In this document: positions 13,401 to 27,500 of the stretch, in pieces | Position numbering within the stretch: the first letter of the stretch is position 1 | Layout of the letters: each line of letters opens with the position of its first letter | Assembly (NCBI RefSeq): GCF_902652985.1 | Contig: NC_047024.1 | Location: 5,456,001-5,520,000 of the forward strand | DNA length: 64,000 bases | Source: Pecten maximus | Lineage: Eukaryota | Direction of reading: 5' to 3' | Made by a program: the position numbers and the translations under genes | The notes under the pieces: generated by a model | Database searches by the model: none | What the model was told of the DNA's origin: nothing | Seen by the model: the letters and a program-made list of their open reading frames with translations, nothing else

Positions 13401-16400
13401 GTCTCAGGCTATATGACAGCCGTCTTCCGTATTATCATGTATCAATCAATCAATCATATATACTCATACCTAGGACTTAGGACTATAAAAGATTAGATGT
13501 TACTATATTATACAGTCGGTTTTCCAGGGCGCCACTACTGGACACTAAGTCCTGGGCTGGGCTCTTGCCCGGGACAGGCCTGTACCGATACATGTACAGA
13601 TGTATACCTATGTAAGCTATATGTATGTATGATGCACGTACAATTTAATAAAAGTACCATCTAAAATAAGAAGATTCATTTCATTATACATGTAATCATT
13701 ATTGGTAGCCTACAGTTCCAACGCTCACGGCTTTAAAAGTACAAATTCAACCATACTTCGGACCTCTTGGGAATCTCCGTCATTTGGAACGCCATCAAAA
13801 CATGCAATTGTGTGCTTCTAATGGTCAATGAAATCAACAAACAAATACACTTTGCTGTTTATTTTCATAATAGCGTCGATATTTGAAAGTCTTTGCAATT
13901 AATAAATTGAAACAGTTATTTCACGATCGAGAAGTAATTCATGTATACTACTGTTACTTTATATTGTCGTAGCGGAACTCCCAATCAGCGGTTTTCTTAT
14001 TGGTCTAAATTTCAGGAGAAATATTTTTCGGGAAACGACGAAAAGTGTTCCAATTTTCCCATGGTCTCTGTACCTAATTGTGGGGACAGTGACGAAGCGA
14101 TGATGGCTAGCATCAGGACAGTGGGTTAGCGACGATGGTGATCATCAGGACGGTGGGATAGCGACGAAGGCTAGCGTCAGGACAGTGGGTTAGCGACGAT
14201 GGTTATCATCAGGACCGTGGGATAGCGACGCTGGCTAGCGTCAGGACAGTGGGCTAGCGATGACGGTGAGCATCAGGACCGTGATTTAGCAACGATGGAG
14301 AGCGTCAGGACGGTGGGTTAGCGACGATGATGAGCGTCAGGACCGTGGGTTAGTGACGATGGCGAGCGTCAGGACCGTGGGTAAGCTAGCGACGATGGCG
14401 AGCGTCATGACAGAAAATTAATGACGATGGGTTAGCCACGATGGGTAGGCATCGATGGTAAGCTTGAGGACCGTGGGTTGGCGACGATGGTGAGCGTCAG
14501 GACCATGGGATAGCGACGATTGCTAGCGTCAGAACCATTGGTTATCGTCGATGGTGAGTATCAAAACCGTGGGTTAGCCACGATATGTTAGCGATGATGG
14601 TAAGCTTCAGGACCGTGGGTTAGCGACGAGGGTTAGCTTCAGGACCGTGGGTTGTTGAGCGTCAGGACCATGGTTTAACAACGGTAGTGAGCGTCACAAC
14701 CGTTGGTTATCGTTGATGGTGAGCTTGAGGACCGTGGGTTGGCCACGATGGTGAGCGTAAGGACCGTGGGTTAGCGACGATGGGTAGGCGTCGATGGTGA
14801 GCTTGAGGACCGTGGGTTGTCGACGATGGTGAGCGTCAGGACCATGGGGTAGCGACGATTGCTAGCGTCAGGACCGTTGGTTATCGTCGATGGTGAGTAT
14901 CAGAACCGTGGGTTAGCCACGATATGTTAGCGATGATGGTAAGCTTAAGGACGTAGGTTAACGACGAGGGTTAGCTTCAGGACCGTGGGTTGTTGAGCGT
15001 CAGGACCATGGTTTAACAACGGTAGTGAGCGTCACAACTGTTGGTTATCGTCGGTGGTGAGTATCAGAACCGTTGGTTAGCCACGATGGTGAGCGTAAGG
15101 ACCGTGGGTTAGCGACGATGGGTTGGCGACGATGGTGAGCTTGAGGACCGTAGGTTGGCGACGATGGTGAGCGTCAGGACCATGGGATAAGTCGACAATT
15201 GCTAGGCGTCAGGACCGTTGGTTATCGTCGATGTTGAGTATCAGAACCGTAGGTTAGCCACGATATGTTAGCGATGATGGTAAGCTTAAGGACTGTGGGT
15301 TAGCGACGAGGGTTAGCTTCAGGACTGTGGGTTGTTGAGCGTCAGGACCATGGTTTAACAACGGTAGTGAGCGTCACAACTGTTGGTTATCGTCGATGGT
15401 GAGTATCAGAACCGTTGGTTAGCCACGATGGTGAGCGTAAGGACCGTTGGTTAGCGACGATGGGTTGGTGACGATGGTGAGCGTCAGGACCGTGGGTTAG
15501 TGACGATGGCGAGCGTCAGGACCGTGGGTAAGCTAGCGACGATGGCGAGCGTCATGACAGAAAATTAATGACGATGGGTTAGCCACGATGGGTAGGCGTC
15601 GATGGTAAGCTTGAGGACCGTGGGTTGGCGACGATGGTGAGCGTCAGGACCATGGGATAGCGACAATTGCTAGTGCCGTGGGTTGTTGAGCGTCAGGACC
15701 ATGGTTTAACAACGGTAGTGAGCGTCACAACCGTTGGTTATCGTTGATGGTGAGCTTGAGGACCGTGGGTTGGCCACGATGGTGAGCGTAAGGACCGTGG
15801 GTTAGCGACGATGGGTAGGCGTCGATGGTGAGCTTGAGGACCATGGGTTGGCGACGATGGTGAGCGTCAGGACCATGGGATAGCGGCAATTGCTAGGCGT
15901 CAGGACCGTTGGTTATCGTCGATGGTGAGTATCAGAACCGTAGGGTAGCCACGATATGTTAGCGATGATGGTAAGCTTCAGGACTGTGGGTTAGCGACGA
16001 GGGTTACTAGTAGCTTCAGGACCGTGGGTTGTTGAGCGTCAGGACCATGGTTTAACAACGGTAGTGAGCGTCACAACCGTTGGTTATCGTCGATGGTAAG
16101 TATCAGAACCGTTGGTTAGCCACGATGGTGAGCGTAAGGACCGTAGGTTAGCGGCGATGGGTTGGCGACGATGGTGAGCATAAGGACGGGGGTGGGGTAT
16201 CGACGATGGCTAGCGTCAGGACTGGGATCGGATAAGTCGACAACTTTATAAACAATACTAACTATAATTGTCGACCAACAGGTCTGCTTCCATTCCACAG
16301 TCGATGTATCGCAAATCTTCAAGTGTTAAACCTTGTTGATATAGTAGGGGCTAATGTTTTGTCACAGCAAACGCCTGTGGGAAAACTGACTTTCGCATAA

Positions 16401-19400
16401 GATAAGGGATAAGTCAAAATAATGAAATATGTATTATATTCAATTGTTAGCTTACCTGGACCGAAGGTGCGGTGAGCTTATGCCATGGTGCGGCGTCCGT
16501 CGTCCGTCGTCCGTCAACATTTGCTTCAAATCGCTACTAGTCAAAAAGTTCTTATAGGATTTTGACCAAATTTGGTCAGAAACATCCTTGGCAGATGGGG
16601 ATCAGATTTTGCATAAATGGTGACTCTGATCCAAAAGGGGCCTGAGGGGCGGGGCCCAATAGGGGAAATTGAGGTAATTCCTTTAAATCGCTTCTAGTCA
16701 TAAAGTTATGAATGGATTTAAACCCAATTTGGTCAGAAACATCTTTTGGGGAAGGGGAACAGATTTTGCATAAATGGTGATTATGAACCCCAAGGGGACA
16801 AAGGGGCGGGGCCTAATGGGGAAATAGAGGTAATTTCTTCAAATCGCTACTAGTCATAAAGTTATGAATAGATTTAAACCCGAATTGGTCAGAAACATTA
16901 TTGGGGGAAGGGGAACAGATTTTGCATAAATGGTGACTCTGACCCCCAACGGGTCTGAGGGGCGGGGCCCAATAGGGGAAATTGGGGCAATTCCTTTAAA
17001 TCGCTACTAGTCATAAAGTTATGAATGGATTTGAACCCAATTTGGTCAGAAACATCATTTGGGGAAGGGGAACAGATTTTGCATAAATGGTGACTCTGAC
17101 CCCCAAGGGGCCAAAGGGGCGGGGCCTAATGGGGAAATAGAGGTAATTTCTTCAAATCGCTACTAGTCATAGAGTTATGAATGGATTTAAACCCAAATTG
17201 GTCAGAAACATTCTTGGGGGAAGGGGAACAGATTTTGCATAAATGATGACTCTGACCCCCAAGGGGCCAAAGGGGCGGAGCCTAATTGGGAAATAGAGGT
17301 AATTCCTTCAAATCCCTACTAGTCATAAAGTTATGAATGGATTTGAACCCAATTTGGTCAGAAACATTCTTGGGGGAAGGGGAACAGATTTTGCATAAAT
17401 GGTGACTCTGACCCCCAAGGGGCCCGAGGGGCGGGGCCGAATATGGGAAATTGAGGCAATTCCTTTAAATCGCTATTAGTCATAAAGTTATGAATGGATT
17501 TGAACCCAATTTAGTCAGAAGCATTCTTGGGGGAAGGGGAACAGATTTTGCTTAAATGGTGACTTTGACCCCCAAGGGGCCAAAGGGGCGGGGCCCCATA
17601 TGGGAAATAGAGGTAATTTCTTTAAATCGCTACTAGTCATAAAGTTATGAATGGATTTGAACCCAATTTAATCAGAAACATCCTTTGGGGAAGGGGAACA
17701 GATTTTGCATAAATGGTGACTCTGACCCCTGAGGGGCCAAAGGGGCGGGGCCCCATATGGGAAATAGAGGTAATTCCTTTAAATCGCTACTAGTCATAAA
17801 GTTATGAATGGATTTGAACCCAATTTAATCAGAAACATCCTTTGGGGAAGGAGAACAGATTTTACATAAATGGTGACTCTGACCCCCAAAGGGCCTGAGG
17901 GGTGGGGCCCAATAGGGAAATAGAGGTAATTCCTTTAAATCGCTACTTGTGATAAAGTTATGAATGGATTTTAACACAATTTAGTAATAAACGTCCTTTG
18001 GGGAAGGAGAACAGATTTTGCATAAATGGTGACTCTGACCCCTAAAGGGCCAAAGGGGCGGGGCCTAATGGGGAAACAGAGGTAATGTCTTTAAATCGCT
18101 ACTAGTCACAAAGTTATGAAAGGATTTGAACCCAATTTGGTCAAAAACATCATTGGGGGAAGCGGAACAGATTTTGCATAAATGGTGACTCTGATCCCTG
18201 AGGGGCCAAATGGGGCATAGCCCCATATGGGAAATAGAGGTAATTCCTTTAAATCGCTACTAGTCATACAGTTATGAATGGTTTTTAACACAATTTAGTA
18301 AGAAACATTCCTTGGGAAAGGGGAACAGATTTTGCATAAATGGTGACTCTGATCCCAGAGGGGCCAAAGGGGCGGGGCCCTAATGGGGAAATAAGAGGTA
18401 ATTCCTTCAAATCGCTTCTAGTCATAAAGTTATGAATGGATTTAAACCCAAATTAGTCAGAAACATTCTTATGTGAAGGGGAACAGATTCTGCACAAATG
18501 GTGACTCTGACGCCCGAGGGGCAAAAGAGGCGGGGCCCCATATGGGAAATAGATGTAATTCCTTTAAATCGCTACTAGTCATAAAGTTATGAATGGATTT
18601 GAACCCAATTTAATCAGAAACATCCTTTGGGGAAGGGGAACAGATTTTGCATAAATGGTGACTCTGACCCCTGAGGGGCCAAAGGGGCGGGGCCCCATAT
18701 GGGAAATAGAGGTAATTTCTTTAAATCGCTACTAGTCATAAATTTATGAATGGATTTGAACCCAATTTAGTAAGAAACATTCTTTGGGGAAGGGGAACAG
18801 ATTTTGCATAAATGATGACCCTGCCCCCGAGGGGCAAAAGGGGTGGGGCCCTATATGGGAAATACAGGTAATTTCTGTCAATCACTACTAGTCATAAAGT
18901 TATAAATGCATGTTGTAAACTCAGAGAGTCTGGACTTTATTATTTCTTTAAAGCAGTTGGGATCCCCACGCTATAACCATATATAGCATTGTTTGAGGTT
19001 AACAAACAAAAGGAATTGAACATGAACATGATTTTGACATTTGGTCAAATCCAACCAGGTGAGCATACAGGCCCCATGGGCCTCTTGTTGCATATATATA
19101 TAGATGTTCACGTTTTTATCATGTAAAATGTTGTAAATTACAGCTAACGTAGATATCCGTTTTCTACTAAGCATATTATAATATGTTATCAATTTAGCAT
19201 CAAGTAGGTAAAAACCTCTTTTTCCATGATCAGATTTCAGTTTTTATTTATTCACCCACCGAAACACCAGATAAGAAATAATTCATTTCAAACATTTGTC
19301 AATATCAATATTTTTGTGGAGATACAACGTAATATACCCTACTATATTGTAGAGTGGATTCGATTCATTGGTCATCGTGATCCTTATCTCAGGATAACAG

Positions 19401-20892
19401 ATTGGGGAGCGATTTTTGTTTTTTAATGTTTTTTTTTTTTTTTTTTTAAGTCTGTGAAATCGATTAGGTAGTGCAGTCTCCTTCTTTGATGACGGTTGGT
19501 CTCCTCAGCTATTGGATTTACCTGGCCAGAGAAGAAATTCTAAAGGTAGATGAACTTCTTTGTTTCGGTTGATTTTTGAAAATAAATACCTCGTGTGCAA
19601 TGGAGCGTGAATAAAACCTTGAAGTCTTGAAGAACATTCAGCAAGACACAACCTAAATGATTCTCGTCATTATGAGTTATAAGATAATAAGACAAACAAA
19701 TTAAACAGCTTAACAGGAGAATCCCTCCTGGTTTGTTTGAGGTTGTGCGCAAACATATAAAGATATATTGAATACATCTGTGCTATGGGAATAAAAAAGT
19801 CCATTCTCCCCAAACATAGAATAGTAAGGAAAAACAATTGTTCACTTAGATCCTTTATCGACTATCGGATGTTTCATTTCCTACATTAGTGGATACAGGT
19901 ATTTTTCGCTGCAGGAACAGAGGTCAGGATATTGACAGGTAGAAATAGAGGATAATATACACAAAACTGCCTTCTCAGGGGGTAATTTAATTTCAAGGAA
20001 CGTGATAGAATGGGATTTGAGTAGGGCCCAGTTAAGGTGATGTTCTCTATTATGTTCATCAGGGTAAAAAGGAGGTTATAACATACACTAATCGTGGGCT
20101 TGGATTCAATGAGAAGATTCATCAAGTTCACAAGCCGGAATTCTTGGCTCTAAAATGGTAGTCCACTGACAAGTCGAATGACTTCTTCTGAAGAGATGGC
20201 AAACAATAATCCCTTAACTTACGTCCTTAAAACCGCCGAACTGATTGATTGTTTGATTATGTATAAGGGCCAAATGACAGCCATTGTTTTTTTTAATGAG
20301 TGTCGATGGATTTTCAAAAGCGTTGAAGCAAACATCACTTGATAGGGCCTATGTACACATAAAATTGCAGATAAAAAAGGGCAAATTAAAAGTTAAAACA
20401 AAGACGAATACTATAAAGATAAAGCTAGGTTTTAAATTATGGTGTGTGAAAAACAATAATCGAATATTCAGTCCGATGCTACAGTAGAGAATAACGTTTG
20501 ATTACAAAGTGTGCAACGGTGTATGTGAGTCACTTGTATAACATACAGGTGGGTATTACGACCTTGACTAGCAAAAGTATCATCTTTGAAAAGCTAGCAA
20601 GACTCCGATGGTAAACCAAACTGCAACGAAACGGTGGTATTTCGATCAATAACGACACCTGAGATGTGTTGTCATAATAATAAGAAATCTTACCCGCCTT
20701 GGGGAATGTACAGAGAAGTATATCTGATTTCCCTGAGTCAAAGTCTCTAATTGCCTCCATGTGTTTTTCAGTGTTAGCCAATAGCGGAGGAAATTTCGGA
20801 AGCATACAGCCATCGTAAATAGGATGTTTTTTGCTCCGTAAATGTTTCAATGCTTTTTCTCTTTCCTCAGGATCAAGTCTTAATAAGTCCAT
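10414..20892 (-). CDS. Cytosolic sulfotransferase copy 2, 313 aa if joined; coding exons 20892-20694, 12170-11832, 11481-11378, 10964-10778, 10526-10414
   Basis: Same exon sizes and phases as copy 1, canonical splice sites, intact motifs, TAA at 10416-10414, UTR-exon donor at 20987-20986. Joining the first coding exon to the rest crosses an N-gap. Confidence 0.82.
12377..12514. other. Assembly gap (N run)
   Basis: 138 consecutive n characters. Confidence 0.99.
12773..12875 (+). repeat. Inverted fragment of the SULT intron/187-nt exon acceptor region
   Basis: aaagcgggtta...gatattatgtgtaaaatattcctttcag|aatccagttggagaaata closely matches the reverse complement of ~10942-11045. Confidence 0.85.
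14085..16245. repeat. GC/CpG-rich 32-bp minisatellite with a ~340-350 bp higher-order repeat
   Basis: Monomer gcgacgatggtgagcgtcaggaccgtgggtta; the diagnostic variant ggtttaacaacgg recurs at 14672, 15010, 15352, 15703 and 16049. Confidence 0.93.
16447..19089 (+). mobile_element. Helentron-associated non-autonomous element (HINE / pearl / DINE-1-like) carrying a satellite array
   Basis: 5' ttagcttacctg..ggtgagct, (CGTC)n microsatellite at ~16495-16515, central tandem array, 3' caggtgagc, terminal hairpin aggccccatgggcct and cttgtt; T-rich insertion site. Confidence 0.85.
16528..18905. repeat. ~157-bp satellite array, 15 full monomers plus a partial one
   Basis: aaatcgctactagtcataaagttatgaatgg recurs at 16528, 16685, 16841, 16998 ... 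18723 and ~18879. Confidence 0.95.
19371..20190 (+). mobile_element. Degraded Ty3/Gypsy pol relic (RT and RNase H remnants)
   Basis: Fragments RRIPPGLFEVVRKHI, IDYR, SGY*QVEIEDNIHKTAFS (cf. SGYWQV...KTAF) and HKPEFLALKW (cf. HKLEFLALKWA). Confidence 0.75.
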
Positions 20893-21696
20893 CGTATTCC
20901 TGTAAATTATATATCAATAGAGAAAGCATCTTACATATATCATGTAGATGTAATTAACAAGATCAGAAATACATATCATACACGTACCTTGAGCAGGCTA
21001 GTAAAACCTCAACAAAGACGTATTATGTTTGCTATTGTTTACACTACCATTTCCGCGGCTGCGCTGATGTAATCAGATAACCCTGACAACAACACAATTG
21101 CCATTCACAAGATTGCGAAATTGCCCTTGAGTAACCCAACACATTGATAGTCGTCCCATTTTCTATAGATATGCGACGATCAACACAAATGTGTAGTATG
21201 CTAGCACACTGTTATCCCCATATGCTTAGTTGGACACTTTGTGATACTGATCCCTCGTTAGAATAGAAAATCAAATTAATAAACAGTAAAATTACGTAGA
21301 AAGCAAAAGGAATACAATAGTGCATTAAATAAATTGTGTCCAAGTGCCACGTGTGGTGATCCTTAGAACTATTATTGATAACAGAAGGTATTTTTTATGA
21401 ATTAAGATGCAGTTTGCCTACAGAGTTTTGTCATTTTCTAAGGTATGATCTAGGAATACACCGCAACCCTTGATTATGATTTCTTTACGACAGCGTCCCG
21501 TTTCTTAGCTTTCTTAAAAACATCTCACCCAGTTCTTTATCTTTACCAATTGGTTTTCATCCCCCCCCCCCCCCCCCCCCCAAATATATTTAAGTACTAA
21601 CATTGACATGGTAATGGAAAGGATAAGAAAAAAAATCGATTCGTTTCTCTGAGCAATATAACTGATTGGTCCCGTCCGCTCGTCTTTTGAAACATA

Positions 21697-21780
21697 TTTC
21701 GTTCTTTCGTTCCTTCGTTCCTTCGTTCCTTCGTTCGTTCGTTCGTTCGTCATCGTTATCGTTATCATTCGTTCGTATTC
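21697..21780. repeat. (TTCG/TTCC)n microsatellite
   Basis: Directly visible; a poly-C run also lies at ~21561-21581. Confidence 0.9.
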
Positions 21781-24579
21781 TGCCTTCGTTTTTTTTTATT
21801 AACTTCAGATTAAAATCACGTTTTAATTTACAGGTACGCATTCCTTTGCTTTGTTATTGTTATGTACCTGTCTACTATTATACTGATATTAACTATCATG
21901 AGGATATTGTTAATGCATAGAACTGATCTCGATAAGGCTTTGTGTGTTATTCATATACATGGGCATGTAGTCAAGTTACGATGGTATGCGTCCTGTTTTA
22001 TCTCTGTGGTAACACCTGATGCCCCAGGTAAGAGAGACATATCGGTGTGACTAGTTAGGACGAATGCAGGGCAGCCCTTGATTTTAAATTAAAAATTTAT
22101 TAAAAATAAGTTTAAGTGTTAAAATTTAACGCACTCGCTTTCACTCCGGCGACTGAGATTCGATACCGTAATGAAATGTTGAAACTTACCAGAGCTACCT
22201 GCCCGACAAAAGTAACAAATGGTATATGATTAAAATGTCGCGAAGAGCATGATTTCTACAGCTTGTAGCATTGATATGCATTCACTCTTTATTGAAACCA
22301 ACTGCCTTTATTTATCTTATACAAACAGTAACTAGTTATTGAGGTTTTATATTTATCATTGACTGGGTCAGTTATTAAGCTATTTTCTCACCTTCATTGC
22401 GTGCTCTACCTATAATGTTGATGTTAATCAGTTCATTAGATGTTTAAGGATTTGCTTCCAATATCACAATTTCTGGGACAATTTTCGACTTCGTATGGAA
22501 GTAAGAACAAGTCAGCCAAGAGAGGAGTGAAGTTTGTTAACGTGGTTGTTCCATGTTAGCTGGGCATTTCATATGGGCAATTTGTCAAGAAATGGTTACA
22601 GTGTAATGTTAAGGATATATTCTGATTTTTTAGATAAAGAAAAAGGCAATAACATGAATATGTTGGTAGTTTTGTCTTTTTCTCCATGTCTTCTTGAAAG
22701 AACCCCGTAATTCTAGTCTAATTGGCCAATTTTGAAACAAGAAAGTTATTTTCAAATACAATTATCAAAAGACAAAAAGAATAGATGACGGATTTCTTTT
22801 CTGTACATGCATTCAAAAAATGTCCTTGGGAGATTGTTAACGAATATTTCGAACGCGTAAATGGTTCTTTTTACATTTTTCCAATTCAATTGATTAAGTG
22901 TTCTTATGTTCCATGGATAAACACGGGCGTTGCTACAAACCTGTTATTAGCTAGCTGTTTGCAGCTCAGGCAAAACATGCAAAAATGTATAAACTAGCCA
23001 TTATCATCACACGACAGGAATATTTGTTTGACCGAATATGACTTTATAAAAGCATAAACATCGATTTATTTTGGTATTTAAATGCAAATAGCGACTGTAA
23101 ATAACAACACACAAATACAGCATTGAGAGTGGAAAGACATTTATATTAAAAAATGGTTCTTATCAGCTTCGTATGAATACAAAAATGTTCGGAGTAATTA
23201 TTGTAACCACGGTCATATGTTTTACAATATGTGCTTCAATGTAGTTCACAACTGTTATTCCGGAGTAACAGGATTGCAGTCCCGACATAATTGAACAAAT
23301 AATGGTAGTAAGAAGGTAAGATAAAGTCTGAACAGCTACTAGGGCCGGCAATAAAACAGGGTTTATAAGGGTTATTTCAGTATAGGAATCCAATATAAAC
23401 AAGGTAATACTACATCCTGTCGGATTATCTTATTCCCAACCGTCACTCACAGACATTTTCAAAACATACTTGGATTTGAATTACAATGTATGAACTTAAA
23501 AGACCATTGTACTTCCTATTTTTTGTTAATATTATTGGTAAAATCAATAATATTTCGGATATCCACTAACGGAGTGAACGTGAGAAGGGAACAAATAATG
23601 ATGTCCAGAGAAATAATGAGATAGTACTGCGTGTATGTAGGCAATCAAATGTCTTAATATGGTATATATGGTTGATTATAAGACGCAATATGGCGTTTGT
23701 CTGCAAAGCTCTGACATTTCTATCCACTATAGTTAACGTATCAATACAGTTTAATTATAATATATACGTTTCAGAGTATCTTTTCAAAATATACGTGAAT
23801 GAAAATAAAGTTATAGTAAAAACATTCCCTCCTTATTGTCTGTTCTTACCTTTTGGTCAAATGATGTCACGATTCGGGTGTCAGTTATGCTTTCACAGAG
23901 TACAAATCTATCATATTAGTTAATATCTTGACTTTGCCGCACAGATGTTAATATACATATATAGGTTTGATTAAGTATGAAAGAGAACAACAAAGTATAC
24001 TAGTTGATAATGGTAAATATTACGGATACAGTAATTACGGTAAGAATCAACCTAGAAAAGGAGGGGTGCATACTGAGGCTCGGTGCTAAGAGAACCATAC
24101 ATTATGTAAGATATATATACATCCTTACATGTCATTCTTACATTAATAAAACACTTTAGACATTAGTTTTGTATGTTTAGTTTTTTGTTTGTTTGTTTGT
24201 TTGTTGTTGTTTTTTTTGTTAAAAAGTACGATAAGATAGGGGACAATTTAAATGTTAATAAAATCGGTACAAAAGACGACACAGAGTTAAACAACCGCAC
24301 CAAACTACCGTATAAAATTTCACAAATCATCGATCTATAATAACTTTGTAATTGATAAGAGTATAACATTGGACGAATCTCCATAACATATATAATTATA
24401 TTGTGTCTTTGTACAGTGTAACCTTGGAAGAGGCATCAGTTACTCTGTAAAACATTGTAACTCATTACAGTATAACGTTGGACGAACCATTAACACATCT
24501 ATGCTTACATTGTAACTGATTACGTTGGGCGATTAATCAGTTATCAGTATAATATTTGACAAAGTCTATTTATAGTCGT

Positions 24580-27500
24580 TTATAATTCATAGGTGAACTT
24601 TAGACCGGTATCTTTCAACTCCCCTTCCAGCATTAGATCGAACATTTCATTTTGTGCGACAGTGAACCAATTCTTCCAGTCCCCTGTTGTACCTGTGAAC
24701 AAGAAAAAACCAATGTTATGATAGGAAAGAAATTAATGAAACGAGCCACACATTCTACAACAGAAAGACTTTTTTTTCAACTTTTATCCAAATCACAATT
24801 CATTATTTTAAATTATACTAGTCGCCGAGACGTTTACCTTTTCTGAAAATGAAATTTGTTTTATCCTTTGAAATTTTTTGGATAATGTCCTCCCCTTTTT
24901 TGCCTGACGTTGTAGCGTCTGCAAGATTTTTAAATGAACATCGGTCGGCAATATCCTGTATAAGCTGAGGGCTTAATTCTTTGTTCAAAAAGGCTGCCAG
25001 ACGTTCTATTTCTCCAAATGGATTCTGGAAGTAAGATTTTACACAAAATAACTTTTCTAGTTAACACACTTTCACAATACCTTTTCAACTATATTTATAA
25101 ATATGTGTTCTTTCATGCGTTCGTGTAAAACAGAACAAAATTTGTAACTGTATACTAGTATGTAAACATGGTACCTTTTTCAAGTCTTCGTAGAACACGC
25201 TATGGATATTTGTTACTACTTTTGTCCGTTTCGCCTACCTCCCATTCTCGTTCGTAGTTGACAAAACCACCATAGAAATCTGGAGTGTATAAGCCACAGT
25301 ATATATCATGTATCACGGTAAAGATAAATGAATACTATTTTGATGTTTGTACGCAGAATGCTGCTTTCTGATTTGTCATTTGTTCCTTTTCATACTTCTG
25401 TAACGGTTTGAATTAACATACAATGTTTTCAATATAAAATACACAATCATTATTACTTGCACACATTACCTAACTAAATAATACTCTCATACTACATATA
25501 CTTTACATTCTGAACACATATATTCACACTCAAAATTAATAAATCAACTATAATTCCACAAAATACTCTAATACATACACAAATCCATACTTCTGCTAAG
25601 GGACACAACTCTCAATCAAAGGTACATAACTCACAAAATCTAATCCCGTTACACTTCTATGAAATGATCAATAAAAACAATAAGCTCCACCCACTTGATA
25701 TTGATTGGAGCAGTCAACTCCCCTATGAGCTGAACTTCTTTATCATATAAATGGGAATCCTGTTTACCATACGCACTATTGTTTTACGCTCGAGATGTGT
25801 GTACGGGTCACTGTCATTACATTCATGTTGTAAACAAAAGTGAACTATAACACCATGCAATATTTGAATATATTTATTGTTTCTTACCACATAAAGAAGA
25901 TATTAAAACAATGAGCCAGTAATTGGTTTGCCATAACATTAATTTTCGGTTTGCGCACTTGTTAAACTACAGACTGCTGTTTTGGCTCGACGAATGTTAA
26001 CAAACTACCTACATTATTGAAGCCTTTACGCATGACAAAAACGTTTATATACTTCTCCTTCCTGCACTGATACTTCTGATAGTATTTCATCATTTTGGAA
26101 CTCTTTGGAGTTGGATCATATAGCCTCTAGATTGCTGTTTCATTCCTGGTCGCGTACGTCAAGCACGAGGTAATGGAAGGGATATTGAATCGTAGTGATT
26201 CATTAAATAATCAAATCAAAATACTGAATGGGTGCATTTATAAATCTAAACCTAAATGTACTGAATTATGGAACCCCTATTGCAACTTTTCAGTCTCTGG
26301 ATTGTAACCATCGTGCTTTCCCTACCCACGGTGATTTCCAAATAAGTCTTCCTGCAAGTATTTTTCGATCTACATTCTGAAGCAAATCTTTTATTGTGCC
26401 GATTTTCCCCTTGTTTTATCAATTTTAGAAGTAGTTACATTTTTCTTTAAATTTGGTACCGCTTGCTTGTTATCTTATCGTATAATATATACATTATGAT
26501 ATATTTTACTTACTATGTTTGTTTGCACACATTTCATGTATAAAATCGTTCCAAGTTCCAGGAAAATCTTCCTCTGTACAGACTGTCGCCGGATCGTTCT
26601 TGATGTGGTTGTAAAATGACACCATCACATCCTTTGGGTTTCTTGATACATGAATGATTTTGTATCCGTTATCTACGTGTTTCTTTGGGATATGACGAAA
26701 TGTTACGTGTGTATTGAGTAAACGTGGCGAAGGACGATCATTTAATTCTTCAAGGTTGATAGCTTCCAGCATAACATTGCCTTTATGACCACTGGTATAC
26801 TGTGCTCCTTCCTGTAGGATCATCGACACGATCTCGTGTACCCAATGTGTCCCTACAAAAACAAGGAATTGTAATGCATTGCTTACGTAAAGAAGGCGTT
26901 ATTTACAAAAAAAAGCTGTCATCTTATGATATCGACCATAAATCGTATGAAATCACTGTATGGTTATTGCTTTGTGACATATGAGTCTTTATAGTGTTAT
27001 AGTGTAACCTGTGTGCAGTGTTGTTTACGTAATTGTCAAGTGTATTTACCCTGTCAAATGCAGTAGAGCGCAACTCAGTGGTACCCCATGCACATATGTA
27101 ATGTATGCTTTTCTTAACACATTTGTCTATGTTATTTCCTTTTAAACTCACCTGGTCCGAAGTTTCTTTAAATCATGCTGTTGTTAAAGCAATCCCTTGG
27201 GACTTTTCATAACCCTATGGAGTTATGAATTTGTTTCTGGTTTTTATCTATGATGCAAGGTGAGCGATATAGGCCCTCTGGGCCTCTTGTCTTTTTTGAG
27301 TGGTCCAGCACGCATCGATATCATACACATGCATAAACTAGTCTCGCCTATATTATACGCCACGTAGGTTTGGTAAACTGACAGTGATACGAGTGGGATG
27401 GAATGTATTCTTTGCGTTAGCGGCTGATTGATTAAACTTGCGAATGATTTTGTTGCACACCATAACCCTGATGATATTTCAACAAATTTTAATGACAATT

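Noticed and set aside
14085-16245. CRISPR-like array
   Set aside because: The 32-bp units are contiguous and degenerate with no unique spacers; eukaryotic context and no cas genes.
21514-21920. ERTN/RSFV-rich ORFs
   Set aside because: Microsatellite translations.
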